Below are positions 1 to 7,521 of a stretch of DNA of 34,435 bases, in pieces. This stretch comes from an uncultured Clostridia bacterium (GTDB taxonomy: Bacteria; Bacillota; Clostridia; Lachnospirales; Lachnospiraceae), in NCBI GenBank assembly GCA_946186175.1, contig CAMHMG010000001.1:1-34435 (forward strand). Direction: 5' to 3'. A program made the position numbers and the translations under genes. The first letter of the stretch is position 1. Every line of letters starts with the position of its first letter. The notes beneath the pieces were generated by a model, which saw nothing but the letters and a program-made list of their open reading frames with translations, was not told the DNA's origin and ran no database searches.

Positions 1-2160
1 TATCTCTCTTGTTGTAGTAACGTCGCCTCTATTGACAGGTCGATTACTGTCTATGCTATTATTATTCTTATCCTCCAAAAACTGTTTATCTTCTGTATTT
101 CCGGGCACAACCTTCACTATCTCAGTATTACTATTATCATCCTTTAATGCTCCCGAATTATTCTCTTTATTTCCAGACTCTACACTTCCTGTCTCTGTAG
201 CATTATTATCATCCTTTAATGCTCCCGAATTATTCTCTTTATTTCCGGGCTCTACACTTCCTGTCTCTGTAGCATTATCATCATCCTTTAATGCTCCCGA
301 ATTATTCTCTTTATTTTCTGACTCTACACTTCCCGTCTCTGTAGCACTATCATCACCCTTTAATGCTTCTGAATTATTCTCTGCGCTTTCCGATCCACCG
401 TTCTCTATCTCTGTATTATTACCGGCTTCTTCCTCTGTTTTTTGTGATGATATATCCCCATCGCTTTCCTGCATACCGGCATTATGATCATCATCCGTAG
501 CAGGTTGATCATCAAAAGGCAATTTGATCTCATCAACGACAGTGACCTCTTTCTCTCCTGTCTTATAATATATCCTCTCGTCCGACCGATTGACCACCAT
601 TACAGGACATATTCCAAGATAAGCAGTACATGTATTAATATGTCCGTAAACAGCCCTTACATCACCCTCAATTTCTTCCTCCAGCACATGCATATAATAT
701 CCGTCCTGAGTACTTGATGTACCAAGCCAATACGATAACCCTTTATCGTCAGAATCAGAATTTTCTTTATATTGTGAATAAGAATATGCTGTGGGATATC
801 TCCAGATCACAGCCATACTTTCCTTCTCTGTTAAAGTATTCTTTCCCTCCTGCATCCACTCACATATATCATCATATGAGGGCAGCATCAGCTTATCAGT
901 TGTTTCACCATTATATACACTATTCCCAAGTTTGCTTCCATTTTCATGAGTAGTATCCAATACTATTTGTTTTTCTGTATTAGAAAATGCATTGTTATAG
1001 AAATAATCATTAAGCCATCTTCTGATATCAGAAGAGCCCCAATATATTCCATTACGTTCCTGGCTTTCGTTATACTGACCATAATCCAATATAGAATCTG
1101 CCATCAGCACAAGCTTCGTCTCTGACGCATTCATTACCCGCCACTTAATAGGATCATTTACTTTACCTGACTTATCTGACTGTGGATAACTCCCCATTTC
1201 AACTATATCATATACGATTGTATGTCCATCATCTCCTAATGTCTCATAACGTGGTGAATCCACATTGTCTTCCACCCATACAGTATTGGCATATGGCGGG
1301 GCATACTCTGTATACGGCTTTACTACCACACTATCTGTTCTAAGAAGATTTTTTCCCAGATACTCCTTAGATACATAAACCATTGGGCATACACCTAACG
1401 TTATTCTACAAGTATCTATTGAAGAGTTTAACCATACACTCTCCTGGTTAAAACTATCATATTTATCCTGCTTTATATATCGATATATTCCATTCTGTTC
1501 TCCCGAAGTACGAACCCAGTATCCATCAAGCCCATCGGGTGATCCTCCTGCTTTTATCTGCATTAAATGTGCATATGCTGTAGCATATCTCCAATACAGC
1601 ATCTGTCGGTTATTTCTTACATAACCGGATTTTTCACCCTTATAATTCATGTTATATAATTCATTTACATCCGGCAGAAATACGGCATCTCTTACAACCT
1701 GATAATCATCACTTTCCGGGTAACCCACCACATGATCAACATAAGATAATGCCTTCTTTTCGTCAATAGAAAAAGCCTCATCTGCAAAATCCTCCATCAG
1801 CCAGGTTCTAAGTTCACAAGTATCCCAGTACTTACCGCCATTATCTACAGGGTCAAAAACTCTATAATCTAATATTGAATCTGCCCACAACAATACAGTC
1901 TGCCCGTTAACTTCCATTACTCTCCATTTGATAGGATCTTTAGTCTTTCCTGACGGATCACTTTGTGGATAAGTGCCAAATTCCACAATTTCATATTCCA
2001 TGTATTCCTGTCCGTCATCCTCCGTGACAAGCCATGGCTCTTTGAGATTGATCGGTGTAGCATTCCCGTTATCAAATGTCTCTGCAGAAGCAACACTGCC
2101 AAAGCATAAAGAGAACACCAATATAACCGCGATCAAACCACATATATAATTTTTTCTCAT
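1..2160 (-). CDS. Secreted repeat protein, 3'-partial (continues past window start): signal peptide, two DUF6273-like modules, acidic 24-aa tandem repeats
   Basis: Absent from the ORF track because there is no stop in the window. The minus-strand frame is open for all 720 codons from the ATG at 2160-2158 to base 1. Alternative in-frame ATGs lie at 2175 and 2190, and GGGTGG sits 7 nt before the 2175 ATG. The N-terminus MRKNYICGLIAVILVFSLCFGSVASA looks like a signal peptide. Two paralogous modules each contain G(T/S)YPQSD.SGK..DPIKWRVM...L.ADSILDY, which from memory matches the DUF6273 family. The C-terminal part is D/E/N/S-rich repeats. Confidence 0.8.
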   Translation of the reverse strand, partial: MRKNYICGLIAVILVFSLCFGSVASAETFDNGNATPINLKEPWLVTEDDGQEYMEYEIVEFGTYPQSDPSGKTKDPIKWRVMEVNGQTVLLWADSILDYRVFDPVDNGGKYWDTCELRTWLMEDFADEAFSIDEKKALSYVDHVVGYPESDDYQVVRDAVFLPDVNELYNMNYKGEKSGYVRNNRQMLYWRYATAYAHLMQIKAGGSPDGLDGYWVRTSGEQNGIYRYIKQDKYDSFNQESVWLNSSIDTCRITLGVCPMVYVSKEYLGKNLLRTDSVVVKPYTEYAPPYANTVWVEDNVDSPRYETLGDDGHTIVYDIVEMGSYPQSDKSGKVNDPIKWRVMNASETKLVLMADSILDYGQYNESQERNGIYWGSSDIRRWLNDYFYNNAFSNTEKQIVLDTTHENGSKLGNSVYNGETTDKLMLPSYDDICEWMQEGKNTLTEKESMAVIWRYPTAYSYSQYKENSDSDDKGLSYWLGTSSTQDGYYMHVLEEEIEGDVRAVYGHINTCTAYLGICPVMVVNRSDERIYYKTGEKEVTVVDEIKLPFDDQPATDDDHNAGMQESDGDISSQKTEEEAGNNTEIENGGSESAENNSEALKGDDSATETGSVESENKENNSGALKDDDNATETGSVEPGNKENNSGALKDDNNATETGSVESGNKENNSGALKDDNSNTEIVKVVPGNTEDKQFLEDKNNNSIDSNRPVNRGDVTTTREI
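96..420 (-). repeat. 72-bp in-frame tandem repeat (three near-identical units at 146-361 plus degenerate flanking units) encoding NKENNSGALKDDxNATETGSVExG
   Basis: The landmark aatgctcccgaatt recurs at 146, 218 and 290, and degenerately at 362, giving an exact 72-nt period. It lies inside the 1..2160 CDS. Confidence 0.9.
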
Positions 2161-2292
2161 ACGACCAATGCACATAATCAGACCACCCATATTTTAATTA
2201 CTATAATCGACATCTACAATTAATAGTTCACATTATAACACGAACTTAATAAATGTTCCATTAATTGACAAAAGCTTATAAGAATTTAAAAC

Positions 2293-2323
2293 TATAAAAA
2301 GCAAGGCACATCTACCCTGCTTT
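2293..2323 (-). terminator. Rho-independent terminator after the LytTR gene
   Basis: The minus strand reads AAGCAGGG-tagatgtg-CCTTGCTT followed by TTTTTAT. The stem is 8 bp with one mismatch. Confidence 0.6.
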
Positions 2324-2355
2324 CTATAAAATATATACGTTGATATTCTGATCTA

Positions 2356-3090
2356 TTACATATTATCTCTGACATACGATCTATATCCGGATTCAAACTT
2401 CTTCTTATAGGTCTCTCCCAAAGGGATGATCGTTCCTGACTGAAGTACTATTTCATTACCATCTACTTTTTTCACGTATCTCGTATTCACTATAAAACTT
2501 CCGTGGCACCTTTCAAATAACGAGTTTAACTGCTCATACATTTTTTTGATAGAAGAGTATACTGAATAGACCTTGTTGCATGTATGAACCTCTATCATTC
2601 TGTTTTTCCTCTCTATGTACTGAACATCCACCTGACAAATAATAATATGTCTTCTTCTGTATACTAATTCCAGATACTGGTTTTTAAGCCTTTCCTCATT
2701 ATCCTTGATCAAACGGCTAATGAAATGATCCAGCCATGCCTGAGCATCAGTCTTTTTACATAGACAATAATGTGTTACATCATAGATTTGGGGAATTTCA
2801 TTATAATCATCAACAAAATACATTATCGTGCAATCCGGTAACAACTTATTGATCAACATACCAATCTGAATCCCGTCAGGTCCTGCACTTTCATAACACA
2901 TATCAAGAAACAGAATATTGTAATCAAATTCATGCTTATTAATACTTTTAATAAGCTCCTCTACTCTGCATTGCTTTACCTTTGAAATCTGCAAAGGATA
3001 CTTTTTCTTAAGTATAGTCTCAATACTATTTGCAAATAATTTATCATCAAAGCACATCATTAACTTCATTTTATCATCAATCGCTTCCAT
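2356..3090 (-). CDS. Receiver-like domain + LytTR DNA-binding domain transcriptional regulator
   Basis: The C-terminus has the LytTR signature (ERCHGSFIVNTRYVKKVDGNEIVLQSGTIIPLGETYKKKF). The N-terminus is CheY-like, with CFDD and ILFLDM acidic positions, but the T/S position reads FVDD. The start may be the second ATG at 3069 (MKLMMCFDD). There is no adjacent histidine kinase. Confidence 0.8.
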   Translation of the reverse strand: MEAIDDKMKLMMCFDDKLFANSIETILKKKYPLQISKVKQCRVEELIKSINKHEFDYNILFLDMCYESAGPDGIQIGMLINKLLPDCTIMYFVDDYNEIPQIYDVTHYCLCKKTDAQAWLDHFISRLIKDNEERLKNQYLELVYRRRHIIICQVDVQYIERKNRMIEVHTCNKVYSVYSSIKKMYEQLNSLFERCHGSFIVNTRYVKKVDGNEIVLQSGTIIPLGETYKKKFESGYRSYVRDNM

Positions 3091-3156
3091 TTTGCCTAAT
3101 ATTCAAAATCGATTGATTCTATCACATAATCAAATAAAAATGTGTTCAATTGTTCC

Positions 3157-3186
3157 ATAATGCAACAAAAATGTATCATATAGCAA
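3157..3186 (-). promoter_or_regulatory. Candidate LytTR-type operator: 9-bp direct repeats TTGCTATAT / TTGCATTAT separated by 12 bp
   Basis: The minus strand reads TTGCTATAT(3186-3178)-gatacatttttg-TTGCATTAT(3165-3157), a 21-bp period. GATTAT and TAGAAT -10-like hexamers lie 25 and 35 nt downstream. It sits upstream of the 2356..3090 LytTR gene and shares the KTGCWWWAT core with the site at 7522-7551. Confidence 0.45.
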
Positions 3187-3198
3187 CACTTATATCGA

Positions 3199-3402
3199 TT
3201 ATCCTTTTTGCCTCTTCATCGCTTCTTTGACAGAATTGGCTAATCCCTGTTCTAATGTAACCGCCACATCATCAATAACCTCGCGTTCCATCGGTCTGCT
3301 ATCAGTATCCTGTGGCTTTTTGTCATATACTGCACAGTGCGGACACGATGCAAACTTGTCGGCATCATAATAATGTTTTTTCTTACATTGTACAAGCTTC
3401 AT
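3199..3402 (-). CDS. Small zinc-ribbon-like protein (67 aa)
   Basis: The sequence MKLVQCKKKHYYDADKFASCPHC gives a C-x3-H...C-x2-C arrangement. GAGAGGA lies 7 nt before the ATG, which starts 13 nt after the stop of the upstream gene. The remainder is charged with no recognisable domain. Confidence 0.6.
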   Translation of the reverse strand: MKLVQCKKKHYYDADKFASCPHCAVYDKKPQDTDSRPMEREVIDDVAVTLEQGLANSVKEAMKRQKG

Positions 3403-3415
3403 ACCCTTATCCTCT

Positions 3416-4420
3416 CTATCCTAATTCAAATTTTTGTGATGACATTTCCGTACAAAATATATCTCCTGTCCTTAATTTTACTATCTCTCCATCTAATATC
3501 CTCTGCTTTTCATTTATAATAATGTTATTACCCCCTGACACATTACGCAGACTATAATTTTTGTCAGCCTGGTGGTAAATGATAACTCCCTGTTTTTCAC
3601 CAACAACATCATCATTAATAACTATATCTGAATATCTGCCATCCCTTCCAAAAATTATCTCTGCTTCAGGCTTTATTCGGAATATCACCCCATCAAGAGG
3701 TCCACCTACACCAATTATTGCTCCATATCTATTCCACTTACGCAGGCTTTTCCATATTCCACCATCACCCTGCTCATAATAATCCCGACCGACCGGGATT
3801 TTCTCGCCCTTTATTATGATATACTCCCTATGTACCTCTTCTACATACTTAGCATTTACCAGAAATGAGCGATGGCATCTCACAAATCCTTTGTCCAGCA
3901 ATTCTTTTTCAAGATCTCTTATTGTCATGTAAAAATGAATGTCCTCACTCTGACCATGCGGATATATTATCCTCTTTCTACTTTCAAAATAATTGATACG
4001 ATCCAGATCAAGCTCATAAGTTTCCTTATTGACCATAACAGTAAATGTATTTTTATCAAAAGATTTAAATTCCAGATATTTATCCATAATACTTTTGATA
4101 TTTTTTTGTTTTACAGGGTAAGTAAGTATTGCAAATGCACGATAAAATACCAATTCTTCTAAGCATTTATTCTTTGGAATAAGCAGTATCATATCTATGT
4201 TGTTATTATGCTTGTTTATTTTTTTGATGGTATTAAATGACTTATCAATATCACAAAATAGAACATCAGGTACATCATTATTGCTCTCTATTGACCTTAC
4301 CATTTCTTCACTATCCCGATAAATGTATATTATTTTGTTTACACTGTCCTTATCCTCAGATATATATTGTTTAATTCTTTCAGCCACCCTATTATCTGCA
4401 CATATCCCAATCCTTATCAT
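3416..4420 (-). CDS. Degenerate receiver - LytTR - FHA three-domain fusion protein
   Basis: N-terminus: a CheY-like fold signature with a single acidic residue (ICADN), LFCDID, and P instead of T/S (ILLIPKN). Middle: LytTR (FVRCHRSFLVNAKYVEEVHREYIIIKGEKIPVGRDY). C-terminus: FHA-like (IIFGRDGRYSDIVINDDV...YSLRNVSGGNNIIINE...GDIF), but the canonical S-x-x-H reads G-E-K-Q. The RBS GGTGAGGG precedes the ATG. Confidence 0.75.
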   Translation of the reverse strand: MIRIGICADNRVAERIKQYISEDKDSVNKIIYIYRDSEEMVRSIESNNDVPDVLFCDIDKSFNTIKKINKHNNNIDMILLIPKNKCLEELVFYRAFAILTYPVKQKNIKSIMDKYLEFKSFDKNTFTVMVNKETYELDLDRINYFESRKRIIYPHGQSEDIHFYMTIRDLEKELLDKGFVRCHRSFLVNAKYVEEVHREYIIIKGEKIPVGRDYYEQGDGGIWKSLRKWNRYGAIIGVGGPLDGVIFRIKPEAEIIFGRDGRYSDIVINDDVVGEKQGVIIYHQADKNYSLRNVSGGNNIIINEKQRILDGEIVKLRTGDIFCTEMSSQKFELG

Positions 4421-4442
4421 ATACCCTCACCAATCCCATTTT

Positions 4443-4751
4443 CTACATTAGTAAAATCTGTATCCCGTCCTGACCAATGTTCAATATACTGTTTCTTTCA
4501 AATAATACAGTCTCACCATTAGGAAGTCTTCTATTGTCTGCATCATAGGTTCCGTGCTTGGATTGATCGGTTATTTTATAGCAATTTTCTTTATCATCGT
4601 ATTGTATTTTTACATGAATCCTACTTATCCATGATGATTCGATTACAAATTGACAAAAATGTACATCTCTTCCTATAACCAACTCCTCTTGGGCTTTAAG
4701 TACTATCTCAGCTCCCTTGTACTTCCCATTAAGAATTTTGATACCTCCCAA
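4443..4751 (-). CDS. Stand-alone FHA domain protein (102 aa, TTG start)
   Basis: Canonical FHA residues are present: VIGRD, ISRIHV (S-x-x-H), DQSKHGTY and NIGQ. AAGGAG lies 9 nt upstream of the TTG at 4751. Confidence 0.85.
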   Translation of the reverse strand: MGGIKILNGKYKGAEIVLKAQEELVIGRDVHFCQFVIESSWISRIHVKIQYDDKENCYKITDQSKHGTYDADNRRLPNGETVLFERNSILNIGQDGIQILLM

Positions 4752-4787
4752 TTGGTATTTCTCCTTTCGTTAATTAAATCTTCGTTA

Positions 4788-5303
4788 CTAATCTTCAATA
4801 TATATTACTTCTTCCGTATCATTATTATCAGCTGATGTATCGCTATTACTTTCCGAAGCCGCCTCTGACGTTTTCTTTTTCGATTCGCTTTTCTTTTCAC
4901 TTTTCTTTTTATTGTCAGACACCTTTGCTTCGGTCTTGGTTTCTGTATCTTTATTTTTTACTGCTGTCTTTGAAGCGTTTCTATTAGTTGCTGTTGTGTT
5001 ATTAACCGATTTCTCGGTATTGATTTCGTTGGGGGAGTTTTCAATTGTTATCTCCGTAGTTATCTCAGTAGTTGTATCACTTTCACTTTTCCCTTGCTCT
5101 TTTTTATCAAGATTTGATCCTTTATCCTCTGTTGTGATCATATTGATAGCAATTCCTTTATTATCAATACTATCAAGAAGTCTCTTTTCTTTATGTATGA
5201 TCCCTTTATTCAGGTTATGATCAGATGTTTTTTTAACATATGTAAAGATAAAGTTAAGGATAGTGTCCACAACAACAAACAAACTACAGCATATACATGC
5301 CAT
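4788..5303 (-). CDS. T/S/K/E-rich low-complexity ORF; probably the -1-frame continuation (extracytoplasmic tail) of the 5210..6307 gene rather than an independent gene
   Basis: There is no SD before its ATG. It overlaps the 3' end of 5210..6307 by 94 nt in the -1 frame, and an A7 run (5228-5234) lies in the overlap. Confidence 0.45.
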   Translation of the reverse strand: MACICCSLFVVVDTILNFIFTYVKKTSDHNLNKGIIHKEKRLLDSIDNKGIAINMITTEDKGSNLDKKEQGKSESDTTTEITTEITIENSPNEINTEKSVNNTTATNRNASKTAVKNKDTETKTEAKVSDNKKKSEKKSESKKKTSEAASESNSDTSADNNDTEEVIYIED

Positions 5304-6307
5304 CCATTAATCTTTTTTGTTATTACATTGCTTTTATCTTTATGAAGTTCATCAAGAAAATCCGATATCGTCAGTGTTCTTTCTGTTATATCGGTACATA
5401 AAGCATGCATTAATGCATCTTCCGCTTCGTCATCTATCTCAATCCCATATTGAGAGGGTCTTCGCAACAAATCTTCTTTAGACCTTGATACAGCCTCTTT
5501 GGGTGTAACACCTGTTATACACTTATACATTGTGGCAGCCAATGCATATACATCCGTCCATGCCCCCTGATTTCCGGAACTCATATACTGTTCTGCAGGT
5601 GAAAAACCCGGATCTATAATAACTGATAAACTCTTGGTAGCAATAGCTGATGCATTTCTTGCAGCCCCGAAATCTGTAAGTTTAGCTTTACCATCTCCGT
5701 CAATAAATATTGTGTCGGGGGATATATTTCTATGAATCAAACCTTCCGAGTGTATCTTGATCAGTGATATTGCCACCGGCTCCAACAAATTGATGGTTTC
5801 TTCCACCGGTAACTTTCCTTTTTCAAATATATAATCCGACAGACTTCGTCCACTTACTGCCTCCATAATCTGATATGCCGTATTATTATCTTGAAATACA
5901 TCATATATTCTTGTTATTCCGTCAATATTACGAAACCTGGCAAGTTTTTTTGCCTCTCCTATAAATGCCTTCAGACCATCTTCATAAGGCATTTGAAATT
6001 CTTTAGAATACAGATCAACACTTATTAAATCTTTGCCTCTTACCGCATACTCTAATGGAAAAAATTCTTTAATGGCAATTGTTTGTTGAAGAATCTTATC
6101 AAACCCTGAATATATGATGCTATCTCCTCTATACTCTTCCGAAACACCAATAAAATATCTGTTTTCCAACCATGTACCGGGTGTAATATGATAAGATTCT
6201 CTTTTATTGTCAAATGGATTCCGCCCACAACTTGGACACTTTATCTGAGATTCCACAATCTCCTGCATGCAGTAAAAACAACGTTTCATCCTATATTCTT
6301 TCTCCAC
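5210..6307 (-). CDS. Zinc-ribbon + Hanks-type kinase-fold protein, predicted pseudokinase, C-terminal TM helix
   Basis: It has an N-terminal CxxC...CPSCG ribbon. VAIK-like IAIKEF, DFG (LTDFGAAR) and APE-like SPAEQ are kept. The G-loop is degenerate (GVSEEYRGDS versus GCGGFG in the paralogue). The catalytic loop is HRNISPDT instead of HRDxxxxN. The TM segment is WHVYAVVCLLLWTLSLTLSL. The likely true start is the ATG at 6289 (MKRCFYC); the track start at 6307 is GTG. Confidence 0.8.
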   Translation of the reverse strand: MEKEYRMKRCFYCMQEIVESQIKCPSCGRNPFDNKRESYHITPGTWLENRYFIGVSEEYRGDSIIYSGFDKILQQTIAIKEFFPLEYAVRGKDLISVDLYSKEFQMPYEDGLKAFIGEAKKLARFRNIDGITRIYDVFQDNNTAYQIMEAVSGRSLSDYIFEKGKLPVEETINLLEPVAISLIKIHSEGLIHRNISPDTIFIDGDGKAKLTDFGAARNASAIATKSLSVIIDPGFSPAEQYMSSGNQGAWTDVYALAATMYKCITGVTPKEAVSRSKEDLLRRPSQYGIEIDDEAEDALMHALCTDITERTLTISDFLDELHKDKSNVITKKINGWHVYAVVCLLLWTLSLTLSLHMLKKHLIIT

Positions 6308-6322
6308 AATCAGATTTACCTA

Positions 6323-7420
6323 TTACCAACCTTGAGTATATATATACACAAATACTATAAGCATGACAGGTAAGATGAGGAATATTGCTGCTACTATTCT
6401 TTTTTTTCTCTCTCTTATTTCATTTTTTTTTTTTACTGAAACTAATGAAACAACTTTTTTCTTCTCTAATACTTCCAGCAGCTCTTCTGCATTTTTAAAC
6501 CTGTCCTCAACATCTAACATCATCAATTTCATAACTGCATTATTAATATAATCCGGAATTACATTATCCAGAGCATCAATATACTCCTTTGGCTGTTTTA
6601 TATGATCATTCTTAAGTCTTCCTATTGACTCCATCGGAACGACACCGGTCAAGGCCCGATAAAAAGTAGCTCCTAAAGCATATAGATCTGTCCATGGACC
6701 TTGCTCCTCTTTAATTCCGTACTGCTCGGGTGGTGCATATCCAACTTTAACAATTGCTTTTGCCACGCCTTCCGACGGAAGCACAAGTCTTGCGGCACCA
6801 AAATCCAATAACTTAACTTTTCCATTACTACACAAAAAAATATTGTCAGGACTAATATCTCTATGAAGGATTCTCTCTTTATGCAATGACTTCAATCCAT
6901 TTGCAATCGATTGTATAACCCACAGACAATCGTTTACTGACATTCTTCCGTCATTGACATCAAGATACTGCTTTAAAGACAATCCTTCTAAATATTCCAT
7001 AACAATATATGCTGTCTGATTAAGTTCATAATAATTATAAACATTAACTATATTTTCATGCTTTGAAAATTTGGCCAAAGTTCTGGCTTCTGCCATAAAA
7101 CGATATAAACCTGATCTATATTCCCGCTCATTCTCTTTAATATTTACATAAACTTCTCTTCCTGTTTCAGCCCTTCTGACCATGCCACGAGGAAAATATT
7201 CTTTAACCGCTACAACAACATCCAACATTGTATCATAAGCTTTATATATTATCCCAAAGCCTCCACAGCCCAACGCCACTCCTATATAATAACGATCAAG
7301 AAGCATTGTTCCTGCCGCAAGATAATTACTGTTATTGTCTTTTCCATCGACAATATTGCCACAATGCGGACAGACATCATATTCACTTGGATATTCTTTC
7401 ATACAGCGATAACAGCGCAA
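6323..7420 (-). CDS. Zinc-ribbon + Hanks-type Ser/Thr protein kinase (catalytically complete), C-terminal TM anchor
   Basis: It has CxxC...CPHCG at the N-terminus. Kinase motifs are G-loop GCGGFG, VAVKEY, HRDISPDN, DFGAAR and APPEQ. The C-terminal helix is IVAAIFLILPVMLIVFVYIY. It has a TTG start with AAAGGAA 8 nt upstream. Confidence 0.9.
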   Translation of the reverse strand: MRCYRCMKEYPSEYDVCPHCGNIVDGKDNNSNYLAAGTMLLDRYYIGVALGCGGFGIIYKAYDTMLDVVVAVKEYFPRGMVRRAETGREVYVNIKENEREYRSGLYRFMAEARTLAKFSKHENIVNVYNYYELNQTAYIVMEYLEGLSLKQYLDVNDGRMSVNDCLWVIQSIANGLKSLHKERILHRDISPDNIFLCSNGKVKLLDFGAARLVLPSEGVAKAIVKVGYAPPEQYGIKEEQGPWTDLYALGATFYRALTGVVPMESIGRLKNDHIKQPKEYIDALDNVIPDYINNAVMKLMMLDVEDRFKNAEELLEVLEKKKVVSLVSVKKKNEIRERKKRIVAAIFLILPVMLIVFVYIYTQGW

Positions 7421-7521
7421 TTAATCATTCCTTTAACTATCAATGTAATTAAAAACACAAAATGTATACTGTCAGTCGACATAAATATATTATCATAGCT
7501 TTTACCATATTTCTACCAAAT

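Noticed and set aside
146-361. Tandem repeats at 146-361 and 30125-30330 as possible CRISPR arrays
   Set aside because: The units are contiguous with no unique spacers, are in frame, and lie inside long ORFs. They are coding repeats.
32-953. Plus-strand track ORFs 32..487, 484..717 and 714..953
   Set aside because: They are antisense shadows of the continuous 720-codon minus-strand secreted-protein gene (1..2160). They have low-complexity L/S/F-rich translations and no RBS.
1917-2102. Minus-strand 61-aa ORF 1917..2102
   Set aside because: It is an alternative frame inside the 1..2160 CDS. The other frame has the signal peptide and conserved modules.
4912-5220. Plus-strand 102-aa ORF 4912..5220
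   Set aside because: It is antisense to the T/S/K-rich ORF. Its translation is low-complexity V/S/L and it has no RBS.
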